Positions 48,529-57,790 of a DNA stretch of 64,000 nucleotides are shown here, piece after piece. A program made the translations under genes and the position numbers. Positions within the stretch are counted from its first letter, which is position 1. Each line of letters begins with the position of its first letter. The stretch is taken from NCBI GenBank assembly GCA_964439245.1, contig CAYTPS010000001.1:1886-65885 (forward strand), written 5' to 3'. The notes beneath the pieces are model-generated. The model was not told the DNA's origin. It did not search any database and saw nothing but the letters and a program-made list of their open reading frames with translations. The stretch is from an uncultured Pirellulaceae bacterium (GTDB taxonomy: Bacteria > Planctomycetota > Planctomycetia > Pirellulales > Pirellulaceae).

Positions 48529-49389
48529 CTAGTTTGCCAAAACGAGTTCAGGCTTGAGATCCGACTTCTTTTCCGCAGTTGCTTCATTTTCTTGGTCATC
48601 AATTTTTTTGGCGTCCAGCCAAGCGTCGATCTCTTTCAGAAAGTTCTCGCTGTCGCCAACATTGCTCTCCGAGACTGGGATCTGACCAAACGCGACCGGG
48701 GCAATGTTCATTAATTCCTCTTCGGTATCGATACGTGCGCCAATGTCTTCGACCATGGTTCGAGTCTTTGCCAATTGGCTGTCGTCAAAATCGTAGTGGT
48801 GGGTTGTCTTGACTAGCTCATTCATTCTGTTGCGAGCCGTAAGCGTCTCAATCTCAACGGCCAACTCGCGTTGTTGGATTTGAGCTTTTTCAAGACCTTC
48901 GAATGCGGTTTCCAGAGACGCTCGGCGAATTTCTAGGGTCTTGGCGGCCACTTTAGCGCGTTGCTCCGCCGTTAGGTGTAGCTTGAAACGATGACGCAGG
49001 TCTTCTTTGACTCGATCGGTCGTATAGGCTTTGGCGTTAGACGCCACAAAGATTTTCTTACCAGATTTGACATGTGCTCGCAGCGATAGCATTTCGCGTT
49101 GACTGTTCTCCAACTCAGACGTCTGTTGGGCTAGTTGTTGTTCCAGTCGTTTGATTTGGACTTTTTCTTTGGCGATCTGGTGGTACATGGAATTGATCTC
49201 TGGTCCGATTTGTTCCAACTGCTTCTTGGCCGCCTCGATTTGAAACGAGATGGGAACCGCTTGATGGGCCGAATCGACCATTTTTTGATAAGCGGTTTGC
49301 GAGTAGGGCAGCAGATTGTTACCGAAAAGTAATCCACCCGCTAAGACAGCACCCAAGCCGCCGATGATAAGTCTTTTGCAAATTTTCAT
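48529..49389 (-). CDS. N-terminally anchored long coiled-coil protein, PspA/IM30-like
   Basis: Hydrophobic N-terminus followed by heptad-rich helices. ATG 49389 follows GGGGAGAG. Confidence 0.6.
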   Translation of the reverse strand: MKICKRLIIGGLGAVLAGGLLFGNNLLPYSQTAYQKMVDSAHQAVPISFQIEAAKKQLEQIGPEINSMYHQIAKEKVQIKRLEQQLAQQTSELENSQREMLSLRAHVKSGKKIFVASNAKAYTTDRVKEDLRHRFKLHLTAEQRAKVAAKTLEIRRASLETAFEGLEKAQIQQRELAVEIETLTARNRMNELVKTTHHYDFDDSQLAKTRTMVEDIGARIDTEEELMNIAPVAFGQIPVSESNVGDSENFLKEIDAWLDAKKIDDQENEATAEKKSDLKPELVLAN

Positions 49390-49561
49390 GGTCTCTCCCC
49401 TGAAGTATTGTGCCACTAGGGTCTGAAACAAGAATTTTTCGTTTCAGAACCCACAGCGGCTAATTGATGGAGAGTCTTCGGGAGGTTCAGACTGATATTT
49501 GGCAAAATTTTCATTTTTGAAAAATGATTTCCAGATTTGATTCTTTTGCCAAAATTTCACT

Positions 49562-50425
49562 TCAGCGACTGGGATTGTTGAAACCGCCTTTCGGGACATA
49601 GCCTTGCTTGTAGTATGAGCGGTACGCGTTTGATGTGGGACGTTCGATGTTGACAACTCTTTTCGCATTTTGCGGAACAGGTTTTCCAACGACTGTTTTT
49701 CTGGAGCCACCAGAATATTGAATTGGGGCGCGCGTCTTGGTGGAAGTCGTGGTGGTGCGGCCCCCTGTGCGATAGGTGATCGTTGGCCTAATAGCAATTG
49801 TCTTTGGTTCGCTGGAGACGAGGTGCGATTGGCGAGCTGCAACGCTGGCGGTAGTCGTGGTGCCGCCGACGCTGGGTTTCAGATACTTCACGCGTTTCTG
49901 AGTGGAATCTACCGATTTTTTGGCGGCTTGAACACCTCTTAGACGTTGAGCGCGTTCTTTGGCGGAGCCGTGAAAGCGCGAGCCTCCGTTGCCATTTTCA
50001 AAGTACTTTCTGGCTGCTTCCACGGCCGAGGGGGAGGCATTGGTGGCGGCCCAAATGTCGGCTTCGCGCTCGGCTTGACGGGTTGGAACACCGCGCTCGA
50101 GGTGACGAAGATTTACGTGCCCATACTCATGAGCGCGAAAATACTCGCACAAATCAGGACCAAGTCGCCTACAAATTGCTGGATTGAATTCAATCTGAGA
50201 ACTCCCAGAAGAATCCAATGTGACTTTCGCAACATCGGGCAACAGCCACCTAGCTCTTTCGGTAACCTGTCCTTGCAATTCATTCAAGTTGACTGAAGAA
50301 ATTGCCATAAAGGTGGCAATTGTTGACAGCAAGATTTTCGTTTTATCTGTTTCTTCGCGACGTATTGCTCGTGTCCCAATTTTGAAAATTAGCGCGCACC
50401 GATAGCGCAAATAGACATGTCTCAT
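49562..50425 (-). CDS. Hypothetical protein with a small HExxH domain and a basic low-complexity tail
   Basis: AHEYGH followed by E.EAD..A, a gluzincin-like pattern. Start is uncertain. Confidence 0.55.
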   Translation of the reverse strand: MRHVYLRYRCALIFKIGTRAIRREETDKTKILLSTIATFMAISSVNLNELQGQVTERARWLLPDVAKVTLDSSGSSQIEFNPAICRRLGPDLCEYFRAHEYGHVNLRHLERGVPTRQAEREADIWAATNASPSAVEAARKYFENGNGGSRFHGSAKERAQRLRGVQAAKKSVDSTQKRVKYLKPSVGGTTTTASVAARQSHLVSSEPKTIAIRPTITYRTGGRTTTTSTKTRAPIQYSGGSRKTVVGKPVPQNAKRVVNIERPTSNAYRSYYKQGYVPKGGFNNPSR

Positions 50426-51281
50426 TTTTGTCTCCCAGAATGTTAATTCCCGGTCCGCCCGGGTGCATTAGTAAAAACGGCGTATCAGCCGATGGAAGGG
50501 AGACGATGAATGTTTAAAGAAGTAGCAAAAATCAAGCTTGTGGCAGGCAATTGGTGCTTCACCACGATCGAATTCAATTGTTCAAAAGGAGTTTGAACGT
50601 AAGCGAATCAAGAAGTCAAACAAGAAAGTGACTAAGTTGAGCGGTTTACATCGACTCCAATCGAACAACTCATTTTTCTCTCGTTGCAATTGGAAGACAA
50701 GACGAGCGACACTGCGCGTTTCACTTATGACAAGAACGAAAACGAGCGACCTGAGAAATCGCGGCCTGTGCGTGGTGCATCAATGCAGCGATAGCACGCG
50801 GTAAAAAAAGACGGTGCCAAGGGACACTACGTGGTTCATTTCTTTCGTTGTCTAATCGTTCGAATAAGCTGCGCAGTCGCGAGACTTGGAGTCGTCGCTT
50901 ACCACGACACGAATAAACCTTGATTTGCGATCGAACAATTTCTAGCTCAACCGTTTACAAATCAAATATTGTCCGCAGTCGGTTGAATTCGAGTGGGGTA
51001 GCGTGTTCTTGTTATCTGTCTGATGGCTTCTTTATCTTTGACAGCACTGCCAGTTTGATACGAAGTATCAGGCTGCTACCGCGCTTCGGTCTGGTGAGTA
51101 TTTTTCGATTGTCGCCGTATTGGTCCGAGCCCAGGCTTGGCGGCAATTTTCGGTACGCATATCAGAATCTCGCTCGCAATTCTCACATTGTGGTGCCTAA
51201 TGACTCCCTAATTGTCAGTTCAGTTTTTCGCCTTAGCAATTACACTACTGTGCCATTCTGATCCTGACTTTTTTAACCTAG

Positions 51282-54200
51282 ATGAAACCCACCGTGAGCC
51301 GAATGACCTTCCTTCCATTTATCCGCAAGTCCAAAACTAACTGCCAAAATAACAATCAATCTCGTTTGAATTTGGAAACACTTGAACCGCGAATGATGCT
51401 TTCAACGGTTCAGATTTTCGCCGCCGGCAGTGAAAACACTGAGATCATGAATCTGCAAATTGACGGACAGGCCGTACAGTCTTGGTCCAACATTGGCGGA
51501 GATGCTTTGACTGGAGAGTTCCAGGTTTTCGAATGGTCGACTTCAGAAAATATCACAGCTGATCAAGTACGAATTGAGTTTCCCAATGACGTGTGGGATC
51601 CGACTAACGGGATTGATACCAACTTGCGGGTCGATGCCATCGCGATTGACGGAGTACGTTTTGAAACGGAGGATCCCAGTGTCTACTCAACGGGATCTTG
51701 GCAAACGGAGATTGGTATTGCTCCGGGCAATGTAGAGTCCGAATTTCTTCATGCCAATGGCTACCTGCAGTATGCCGATAGTGGAGTTTCCGAGTCGACC
51801 AACATTACGATCAACGCGCGAGGCTTCGAAGGTACAGAAGCATTTTCCCTGCAGATCGATGGTCAAACCGCACAGACTTGGACCGACATTGACACCAGCT
51901 TCAACGCTTACAATCACAACGCTGCAGGCACCGTTACGGCCGATCAAATCCGGGTTGTGTTTTTGAATGATCAGTTTGATGCGGCGATTGGTTTGGACTC
52001 AAATCTGCAAGTCGACAACATCATCGTTGGCGGAGTCCAATATGAAACGGAAGCTCCAGAAGTTTTCTCTTCGGGTACGTGGACGAGCGCGGATGGCATT
52101 GTCGATGGTTTTGGGCGTGGTGACACACTGCACACCACTGGGTATTTCGAGTTTGCCGGCGAAGAGGAAGTTTTTCCTGGAAGTTTCGCTTTTTCCCAAA
52201 CTGAGTACAGCGTTGATGAGCAGGGAGCAACGATTGAGTTGAGGATCGACCGAATTGGAGGAACCGATGGAACGGCGACTGTCGACTATGCGACGTTCGA
52301 CAATTCGACAACTCAACAGGTAGACTACCAGAGCATTGCTGGAACACTGTCATTCGCTGAAGGGGAAGACTTCAAGTTAATCACCATCCCAATTGTTCAG
52401 GACAGTCTTTCAGAAGGTGATGAGTCATTTGGTGTGCGACTTAGCAATGCCAGTGAGGGGGCTAGTGTAGAAACCGAAACGGCATTGGTCACGATCCTGG
52501 ATGACGACCCCAGCATCACGATCAATGCTCGTGGCGATGAAGGCACCGAATCGTTTGCACTGCAAATCGACGGGCAAACGGTGCAAACTTGGAACAACAT
52601 CAGTACCCAGCTTACTCCTTACAATTACTTTGCTGCAGGCACTTTTACAGCGGATCAGATCCGAGTCGTATTTTTGAACGATGAATTTGATTCAGCTAAC
52701 GGAATTGATTCCAACTTGATTGTCGACAACATCGTAATTGACGGAGTTGAGTTCGAAACCGAAGCGGCCAATGTATTTTCAACGGGTACTTGGACGGCGG
52801 CCGATGGTATTGTTGCTGGTTTTGGGCGCGGTGAGACGCTAAACGCAGATGGCTATTTCGAGTACGGTGGCGAAGTAATTACTTTGCCAGGAAATTTCTC
52901 ATTTTCCCGAACCGAGTATAGCGTTGGGGAACAGACGTCTTCGGTTCAGTTGCGTATTGACCGACTTGATGGGACCGACGGAGAAGTAAGTGTTGACTAT
53001 GCGACCTTCGATAGCTCTGCCAGTCAACAGCAAGACTATTCTGCCGTAAGTGGAACACTGACGTTTGATGACGGTGAGGAATTCAAGCTAATCACGATCC
53101 CAATCATTCAGGACGGCTCTGCTGAGGGTGATGAGTCATTCGGTGTTCAGCTCAGTAATGCGACTGAAGGGGCAAGCATTGCAACCGAGACGGCACTGAT
53201 CACGATCGTGGATGACGAACCAGACCCCGGTCAGGGAGATGGTTTGTATGCACAATACTATGACAATATTGACTTTACTGGACTTGCTAATGAAGGAGTT
53301 GATGATCAAGTCGATTTTGACTTTGGAGCAGGATCTCCCGAAGGCTTGGGCGTTGACACGTTTTCGATTCGCTGGACGGGACAGATCGAATCGCTTTACT
53401 CAGAGGAGTACACCTTTCATACAACCAGTGATGATGGCGTCAGACTATGGGTTAACGACCGGTTGATCATCGACAATTGGACGAACCATGCTGCAACCAT
53501 TGATACAGGAACGATCACTCTGCAGGCTGGAGAACGCTACAACATTCGAATGGATTATTTCGAAAATGGTGGCGATGCGGTGGCCGAGTTGCGTTGGAGT
53601 AGCGATTCGCAATCCCTGGAGCTGATTCCTCAATCACAACTCTATTCGACGTACGTTTCTGAACCAGGTGATGGTTTGTACGCCGAATATTTCGACAACA
53701 TTGATTTTACAGACCTCACGAGGGTCGGCGTTGACGACCAAGTCAATTTTAATTTTGGAACCGGTGCTCCTGCTGGTCTGGGAGCCGACACGTTTTCGAT
53801 TCGCTGGACGGGACAGATCGAAACGCTTTACTCAGAAGAGTACACCTTCCATACAACCAGTGATGACGGGGTGAGGCTGTGGGTCAACGACCAGCTCGTT
53901 ATCGATAACTGGACCAACCATGCCCCGACGGTAAACACTGGAACCGTCACACTGGAGGCCGGGCGGCGATATGACATTCGCATGGACTACTACGAAAATG
54001 GTGGCGGTTCGGTTGCCGAGTTGCGGTGGAGTAGCCCATCGCAGGAAATAGAGTTGATTCCGCAATCCCAGCTCTATTCTTCACCTCAATTTTCTGATGG
54101 CAGAAGGGACCTAATCGTCAATGGTTCCTTTGAGAACTTCGCAGTCGATCAAGACGCCAGTGCGCAGGTTGCCCCCAATCAGCTCGGCGGCTGGAGTTCA

Positions 54201-56186
54201 CTCAACGGAAACAACCTCCACCTCCATGGCAGTGGATCGTTAGCCGTAAATTCCAGTGATGGTTCCAACCACATTGAGCTGGATAACGGGCCAGGCGGAG
54301 CAATCGATGGAATTTATCAGGACTTGCAAACCGAAGCTGGCAAATCTTACGAGTTAAGCTTTGATATTCGAGCAAGTGGATCAGACCTAAACAGTAACGA
54401 TGAAGCGGTTGTTGTCCAATGGAATGGGGTCAAGCTAAAGAACGATGGCTATCGCGCCGTTGGCGGTTGGACGACGGTCAAAGTACGAGTCGTCGGGACT
54501 GAAGGCACAGACCGTTTGACCTTCAGGGAATCCACAGTTTCTTCCGCGAACGACGGGACCGGTCCATACCTTGACAACATTTCCATAAAGGAATCCGGAC
54601 CAGCAACCTACTATGTTTCAGTGGATGGTTCAGATGACTATGACTTTGAGCAAGCCCAAGACCGGGCGACAGCTTGGGGTACTATTCAGCGTGCTGTCGA
54701 AGCAGCGGTTGCTGGTGACACCATCGTTGTTACTGATGGAACTTATACGGAGCAAGTTTTCCTTAACAACAGCGGAGAAGACGGCAAAGATATTCTGATC
54801 CGAGCGGAAAACCAACATGGAGTTAGACTCTTAGGGTTTATTCATGGCCGTGACGTAAGCCACATTACCGTGGAAGGCTTTGATGTGACTAATCGCAGCG
54901 GTGGTTCGATTACAGAGGGATTTGTATTTTATAATTCCCATCACATTACGATTCGCAACAACATCGCCCGAGGCTCGTACGGCGGGGGAATTCAATTCAA
55001 TCAATCCGATTGGTTGTTGATTGAAGGGAACATCACGCACGGAAATGCTTTCTTTAATCGAGATAGACATAGTGGAATATCGGTCTATCAAGCGCGTGAT
55101 TTGGATAGCGATGATCGTGAGTGGGGAATCATCATTCGCAACAATGTCTCCTATGGCAACAAAAATCTTGTAGGTGGCTCACCGGGAGGAGGTCCTACTG
55201 ACGGCAATGGTATCGTACTGGACGATTTCAAGAACGTTCAGAGGGGGGCAGATGGAGTTGCTTACGGTAGACGTACTTTGGTTGAAAACAATTTGCTATA
55301 TGGCAACGGCGGACACGGAATCCATCTTCATCTTGCACTTAACGTAGACATCCGCAACAACACGGGTGTTGGAAACGGAACAAACTTAAACTACGCCACT
55401 GGTGATCTCAGTTTGAGTGCAAGCGACAACATTCGTGCGTACAACAACGTTATGTCGTCCATTCCTCATCGACAGGCGGTCAAGTTATGGAGAGCTGAAA
55501 ATGCGATGCTTGACAACAACGTTATTGATGGGCGAGCAAACAGCTTTGATGGCTCAGGCAATCTATTGGTCGTTGCAGATTTTGAGTCTAACTCATTTCG
55601 CCTGGCATTCGGATCGCAAGGATTCGGCTGGGGTAGCAATCTCGATCACCAACCTGTTGACATAAGCGACTACGACGAAGCCACACTGTTGGATTGGTCT
55701 TTCACGAAACATGCCGTTAGCAATGGAAGCCTTGAAACCACGAATCACGGCAACGGTGGTAGTAGCAGCGGTGCTCCAAACTGGGAATTTTCGGGCACCG
55801 GTGGCGATTGGGATCCAACAAGCCAGTTTTTGCCCGGGGAAGTTGATGGACAAAATGTCGGCTACCTCAATTCAGGATCGGCAAGCAAAGATCTGGACTT
55901 GCAATACGATAGTAACCGCACCTATGTCATCGACATTAATGTTGGAGCACGAACCGATCAGACCGAGACTGGCTTTGAGGTGATCGTGTACGCTGGTAAC
56001 ACAGCAATCTTGAATCGGTCAGGAACTCTTCAAGGCAATGGGCAGATGGCAACGGTCAGTCTGTTAGTGGTAGACGAATTTCGTCCCAATCTTAATGGAC
56101 AGGACTTACGAGTTGAAGTTCGCAAGACCAGTGGAGGGCAGCTCAATTTTGACAAAGTGAAACTGTTCTCAGGGACCATAGTTTAA
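51282..56186 (+). CDS. Giant extracellular carbohydrate-active protein: three CBM-like modules, two Calx-beta, two PA14, a DUF642-like domain and a right-handed beta-helix
   Basis: Planctomycete motif LEPRMMLS; Calx-beta (DY....GTL.F..GE..K.I.IPI); PA14 twice (FSIRWTGQI, SDDGVRLWVND); NGSFE; beta-helix start YYVS..GSD...TIQRA......GDT.....GTY. Confidence 0.8.
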   Translation: MKPTVSRMTFLPFIRKSKTNCQNNNQSRLNLETLEPRMMLSTVQIFAAGSENTEIMNLQIDGQAVQSWSNIGGDALTGEFQVFEWSTSENITADQVRIEFPNDVWDPTNGIDTNLRVDAIAIDGVRFETEDPSVYSTGSWQTEIGIAPGNVESEFLHANGYLQYADSGVSESTNITINARGFEGTEAFSLQIDGQTAQTWTDIDTSFNAYNHNAAGTVTADQIRVVFLNDQFDAAIGLDSNLQVDNIIVGGVQYETEAPEVFSSGTWTSADGIVDGFGRGDTLHTTGYFEFAGEEEVFPGSFAFSQTEYSVDEQGATIELRIDRIGGTDGTATVDYATFDNSTTQQVDYQSIAGTLSFAEGEDFKLITIPIVQDSLSEGDESFGVRLSNASEGASVETETALVTILDDDPSITINARGDEGTESFALQIDGQTVQTWNNISTQLTPYNYFAAGTFTADQIRVVFLNDEFDSANGIDSNLIVDNIVIDGVEFETEAANVFSTGTWTAADGIVAGFGRGETLNADGYFEYGGEVITLPGNFSFSRTEYSVGEQTSSVQLRIDRLDGTDGEVSVDYATFDSSASQQQDYSAVSGTLTFDDGEEFKLITIPIIQDGSAEGDESFGVQLSNATEGASIATETALITIVDDEPDPGQGDGLYAQYYDNIDFTGLANEGVDDQVDFDFGAGSPEGLGVDTFSIRWTGQIESLYSEEYTFHTTSDDGVRLWVNDRLIIDNWTNHAATIDTGTITLQAGERYNIRMDYFENGGDAVAELRWSSDSQSLELIPQSQLYSTYVSEPGDGLYAEYFDNIDFTDLTRVGVDDQVNFNFGTGAPAGLGADTFSIRWTGQIETLYSEEYTFHTTSDDGVRLWVNDQLVIDNWTNHAPTVNTGTVTLEAGRRYDIRMDYYENGGGSVAELRWSSPSQEIELIPQSQLYSSPQFSDGRRDLIVNGSFENFAVDQDASAQVAPNQLGGWSSLNGNNLHLHGSGSLAVNSSDGSNHIELDNGPGGAIDGIYQDLQTEAGKSYELSFDIRASGSDLNSNDEAVVVQWNGVKLKNDGYRAVGGWTTVKVRVVGTEGTDRLTFRESTVSSANDGTGPYLDNISIKESGPATYYVSVDGSDDYDFEQAQDRATAWGTIQRAVEAAVAGDTIVVTDGTYTEQVFLNNSGEDGKDILIRAENQHGVRLLGFIHGRDVSHITVEGFDVTNRSGGSITEGFVFYNSHHITIRNNIARGSYGGGIQFNQSDWLLIEGNITHGNAFFNRDRHSGISVYQARDLDSDDREWGIIIRNNVSYGNKNLVGGSPGGGPTDGNGIVLDDFKNVQRGADGVAYGRRTLVENNLLYGNGGHGIHLHLALNVDIRNNTGVGNGTNLNYATGDLSLSASDNIRAYNNVMSSIPHRQAVKLWRAENAMLDNNVIDGRANSFDGSGNLLVVADFESNSFRLAFGSQGFGWGSNLDHQPVDISDYDEATLLDWSFTKHAVSNGSLETTNHGNGGSSSGAPNWEFSGTGGDWDPTSQFLPGEVDGQNVGYLNSGSASKDLDLQYDSNRTYVIDINVGARTDQTETGFEVIVYAGNTAILNRSGTLQGNGQMATVSLLVVDEFRPNLNGQDLRVEVRKTSGGQLNFDKVKLFSGTIV
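51807..54080 (+). repeat. Two intragenic tandem duplications (CBM-like plus Calx unit, offset 711 nt; PA14 unit, offset 432 nt)
   Basis: ACGATCAA(C/T)GC occurs at 51807 and 52518; GATGGTTTGTA occurs at 53238 and 53670. Long matching stretches follow each pair. Confidence 0.8.
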
Positions 56187-56187
56187 T

Positions 56188-57558
56188 TTAGATATTGTCT
56201 GCTGTCGGATGAACCCAAGGTTCACGGTATTTTCTTGCCAGTTTTGCCGTGGCCTCTTCATCTCCAACGGGGCGACCCGTTTTGGTGTCGAGTTTGAAGC
56301 TGCGACCGAGCTCCATGGCGTTGTTGGCCATGGTGCACGCCGCAGAAGAAATATGTCCTTCCATGATATCGGCGACAGGTTTCTCCCGTGTTTTGACACA
56401 CTCAAAGAAGTTCTTCAGGTGTCTGCGTGTCGCGCCGACGCTTGATTCGCTGAATCGTTCTTCTTGACGTTCAAGATCGGAGATATCCTCTTTGAGGAAG
56501 CTTCCTTTTTCGGGTTCACCATTTTTTGGGAAGAACTCGTACTTTTGAAGACTAACCTTCAGTGTCCCTTCGGTCCCGTAAAAAATCATGGCCCAAGGAT
56601 AATCCTTGTCCAGGTTCACACCCCAAGATCGATTGGTCCACGTGATGTTCATGTCGTCATACGAGAACACGGCGTCCTGTGTGTCAGGGATGTTGGCAAC
56701 ATTTTCGGTATCAGCCAATTCTCCTCCACTGCAACTAATTTGATTTGGCCAGCCAAGGTCCAGAAAGTACCTTGCTAGATCGAAGAAGTGAACGCATAGA
56801 TCGCCGATGGCACCGTTGCCGTACTCCATAAAGGCCCGCCATTTGACCGGATGAGTTTCAGGGTGGTAGGGCAGCATCGGAGCTGGTCCAGTCCACATTT
56901 CATAGTCTAAACTTTCCGGTGGTTGGACGATTTCTTTGCTCAAGCCATGGCGACCTGCAAAGAAACTATGAATGGCGACGGTACCAATATTTCCGAGCCG
57001 TCCAGTTTTGATGTATTTGTCACGCGCCTCCAACAAGTGCGGCGTGCTACGGCGCTGGGTGCCAACTTGAACAACGCGATCGTATTTACGTGCTGCAGCA
57101 ACCATCGCCTCGCCCTCGATCACATCCACGCTGATCGGTTTTTGTACGTAGACATCTGCACCCCACTTGCAGGCTTCAATCATCGGTAGTGCATGCCAGT
57201 GGTCGGGCGTTCCTACTAGGGCAATGTCCAGTTCTTGTTCGGCGAGCAGTTTTCGATAGTCGGCGTAAAGTAGTGGTTCCTTGCCGGACTTCTGTCGCAT
57301 GGCCGTGAGTTTGGCGGCCTTGGAGAGCATGTTTTTGTCGACGTCGCAGAGAGCAACCACATCTACTTCATCTCTGGCTACTGCCAGCAGCCGAAATAGA
57401 TCGACTTTGCCGTACCAGCCAGAGCCAATCAAACCGACGCGATAGATTCTCTGCGCGTCAAAGGTATGAACGGCGCGGGCTGTCTTGGGAAATGCGAACC
57501 CTGTTGAAACGGTTGCGGCGGCAGTTGCCGATGCGGACAGAAACGTGCGACGATCCAT
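56188..57558 (-). CDS. Tat-exported Gfo/Idh/MocA oxidoreductase
   Basis: Motifs MDRRTFL, GSGWYG, TPDHWH, QKP, QVGTQRRS, W.GPAP and D..VH..D. Confidence 0.9.
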   Translation of the reverse strand: MDRRTFLSASATAAATVSTGFAFPKTARAVHTFDAQRIYRVGLIGSGWYGKVDLFRLLAVARDEVDVVALCDVDKNMLSKAAKLTAMRQKSGKEPLLYADYRKLLAEQELDIALVGTPDHWHALPMIEACKWGADVYVQKPISVDVIEGEAMVAAARKYDRVVQVGTQRRSTPHLLEARDKYIKTGRLGNIGTVAIHSFFAGRHGLSKEIVQPPESLDYEMWTGPAPMLPYHPETHPVKWRAFMEYGNGAIGDLCVHFFDLARYFLDLGWPNQISCSGGELADTENVANIPDTQDAVFSYDDMNITWTNRSWGVNLDKDYPWAMIFYGTEGTLKVSLQKYEFFPKNGEPEKGSFLKEDISDLERQEERFSESSVGATRRHLKNFFECVKTREKPVADIMEGHISSAACTMANNAMELGRSFKLDTKTGRPVGDEEATAKLARKYREPWVHPTADNI

Positions 57559-57790
57559 AAGACATCCCTTTGGGTACTGGTCCTGAATAAGAATGGTCGC
57601 AGTTGGAACATAACATTGCGGCCCGAAAGTACTTGTATTGTTATCCGCGTAATGGGTTGTTTCAACGTCATTATATCAGTTCAACAAATATTGAATCAGC
57701 CAGAGGTTTGAATTGTTGCCTGATTGAGTCACAATGAGTGAGGTTGAAACCAAGCCGACTAAATACTCCGATGAATAAATTAGGCTCTCC

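Noticed and set aside
50538-51261. ORFs 50538-50804 and 50920-51261 as genes
   Set aside because: They have non-ATG starts, no clear RBS, no recognisable motifs and atypical composition.
57659-57750. GTTTCAAC/GTTGAAAC resemble CRISPR repeat termini
   Set aside because: There is a single inverted pair only, with no repeat-spacer periodicity and no cas genes.
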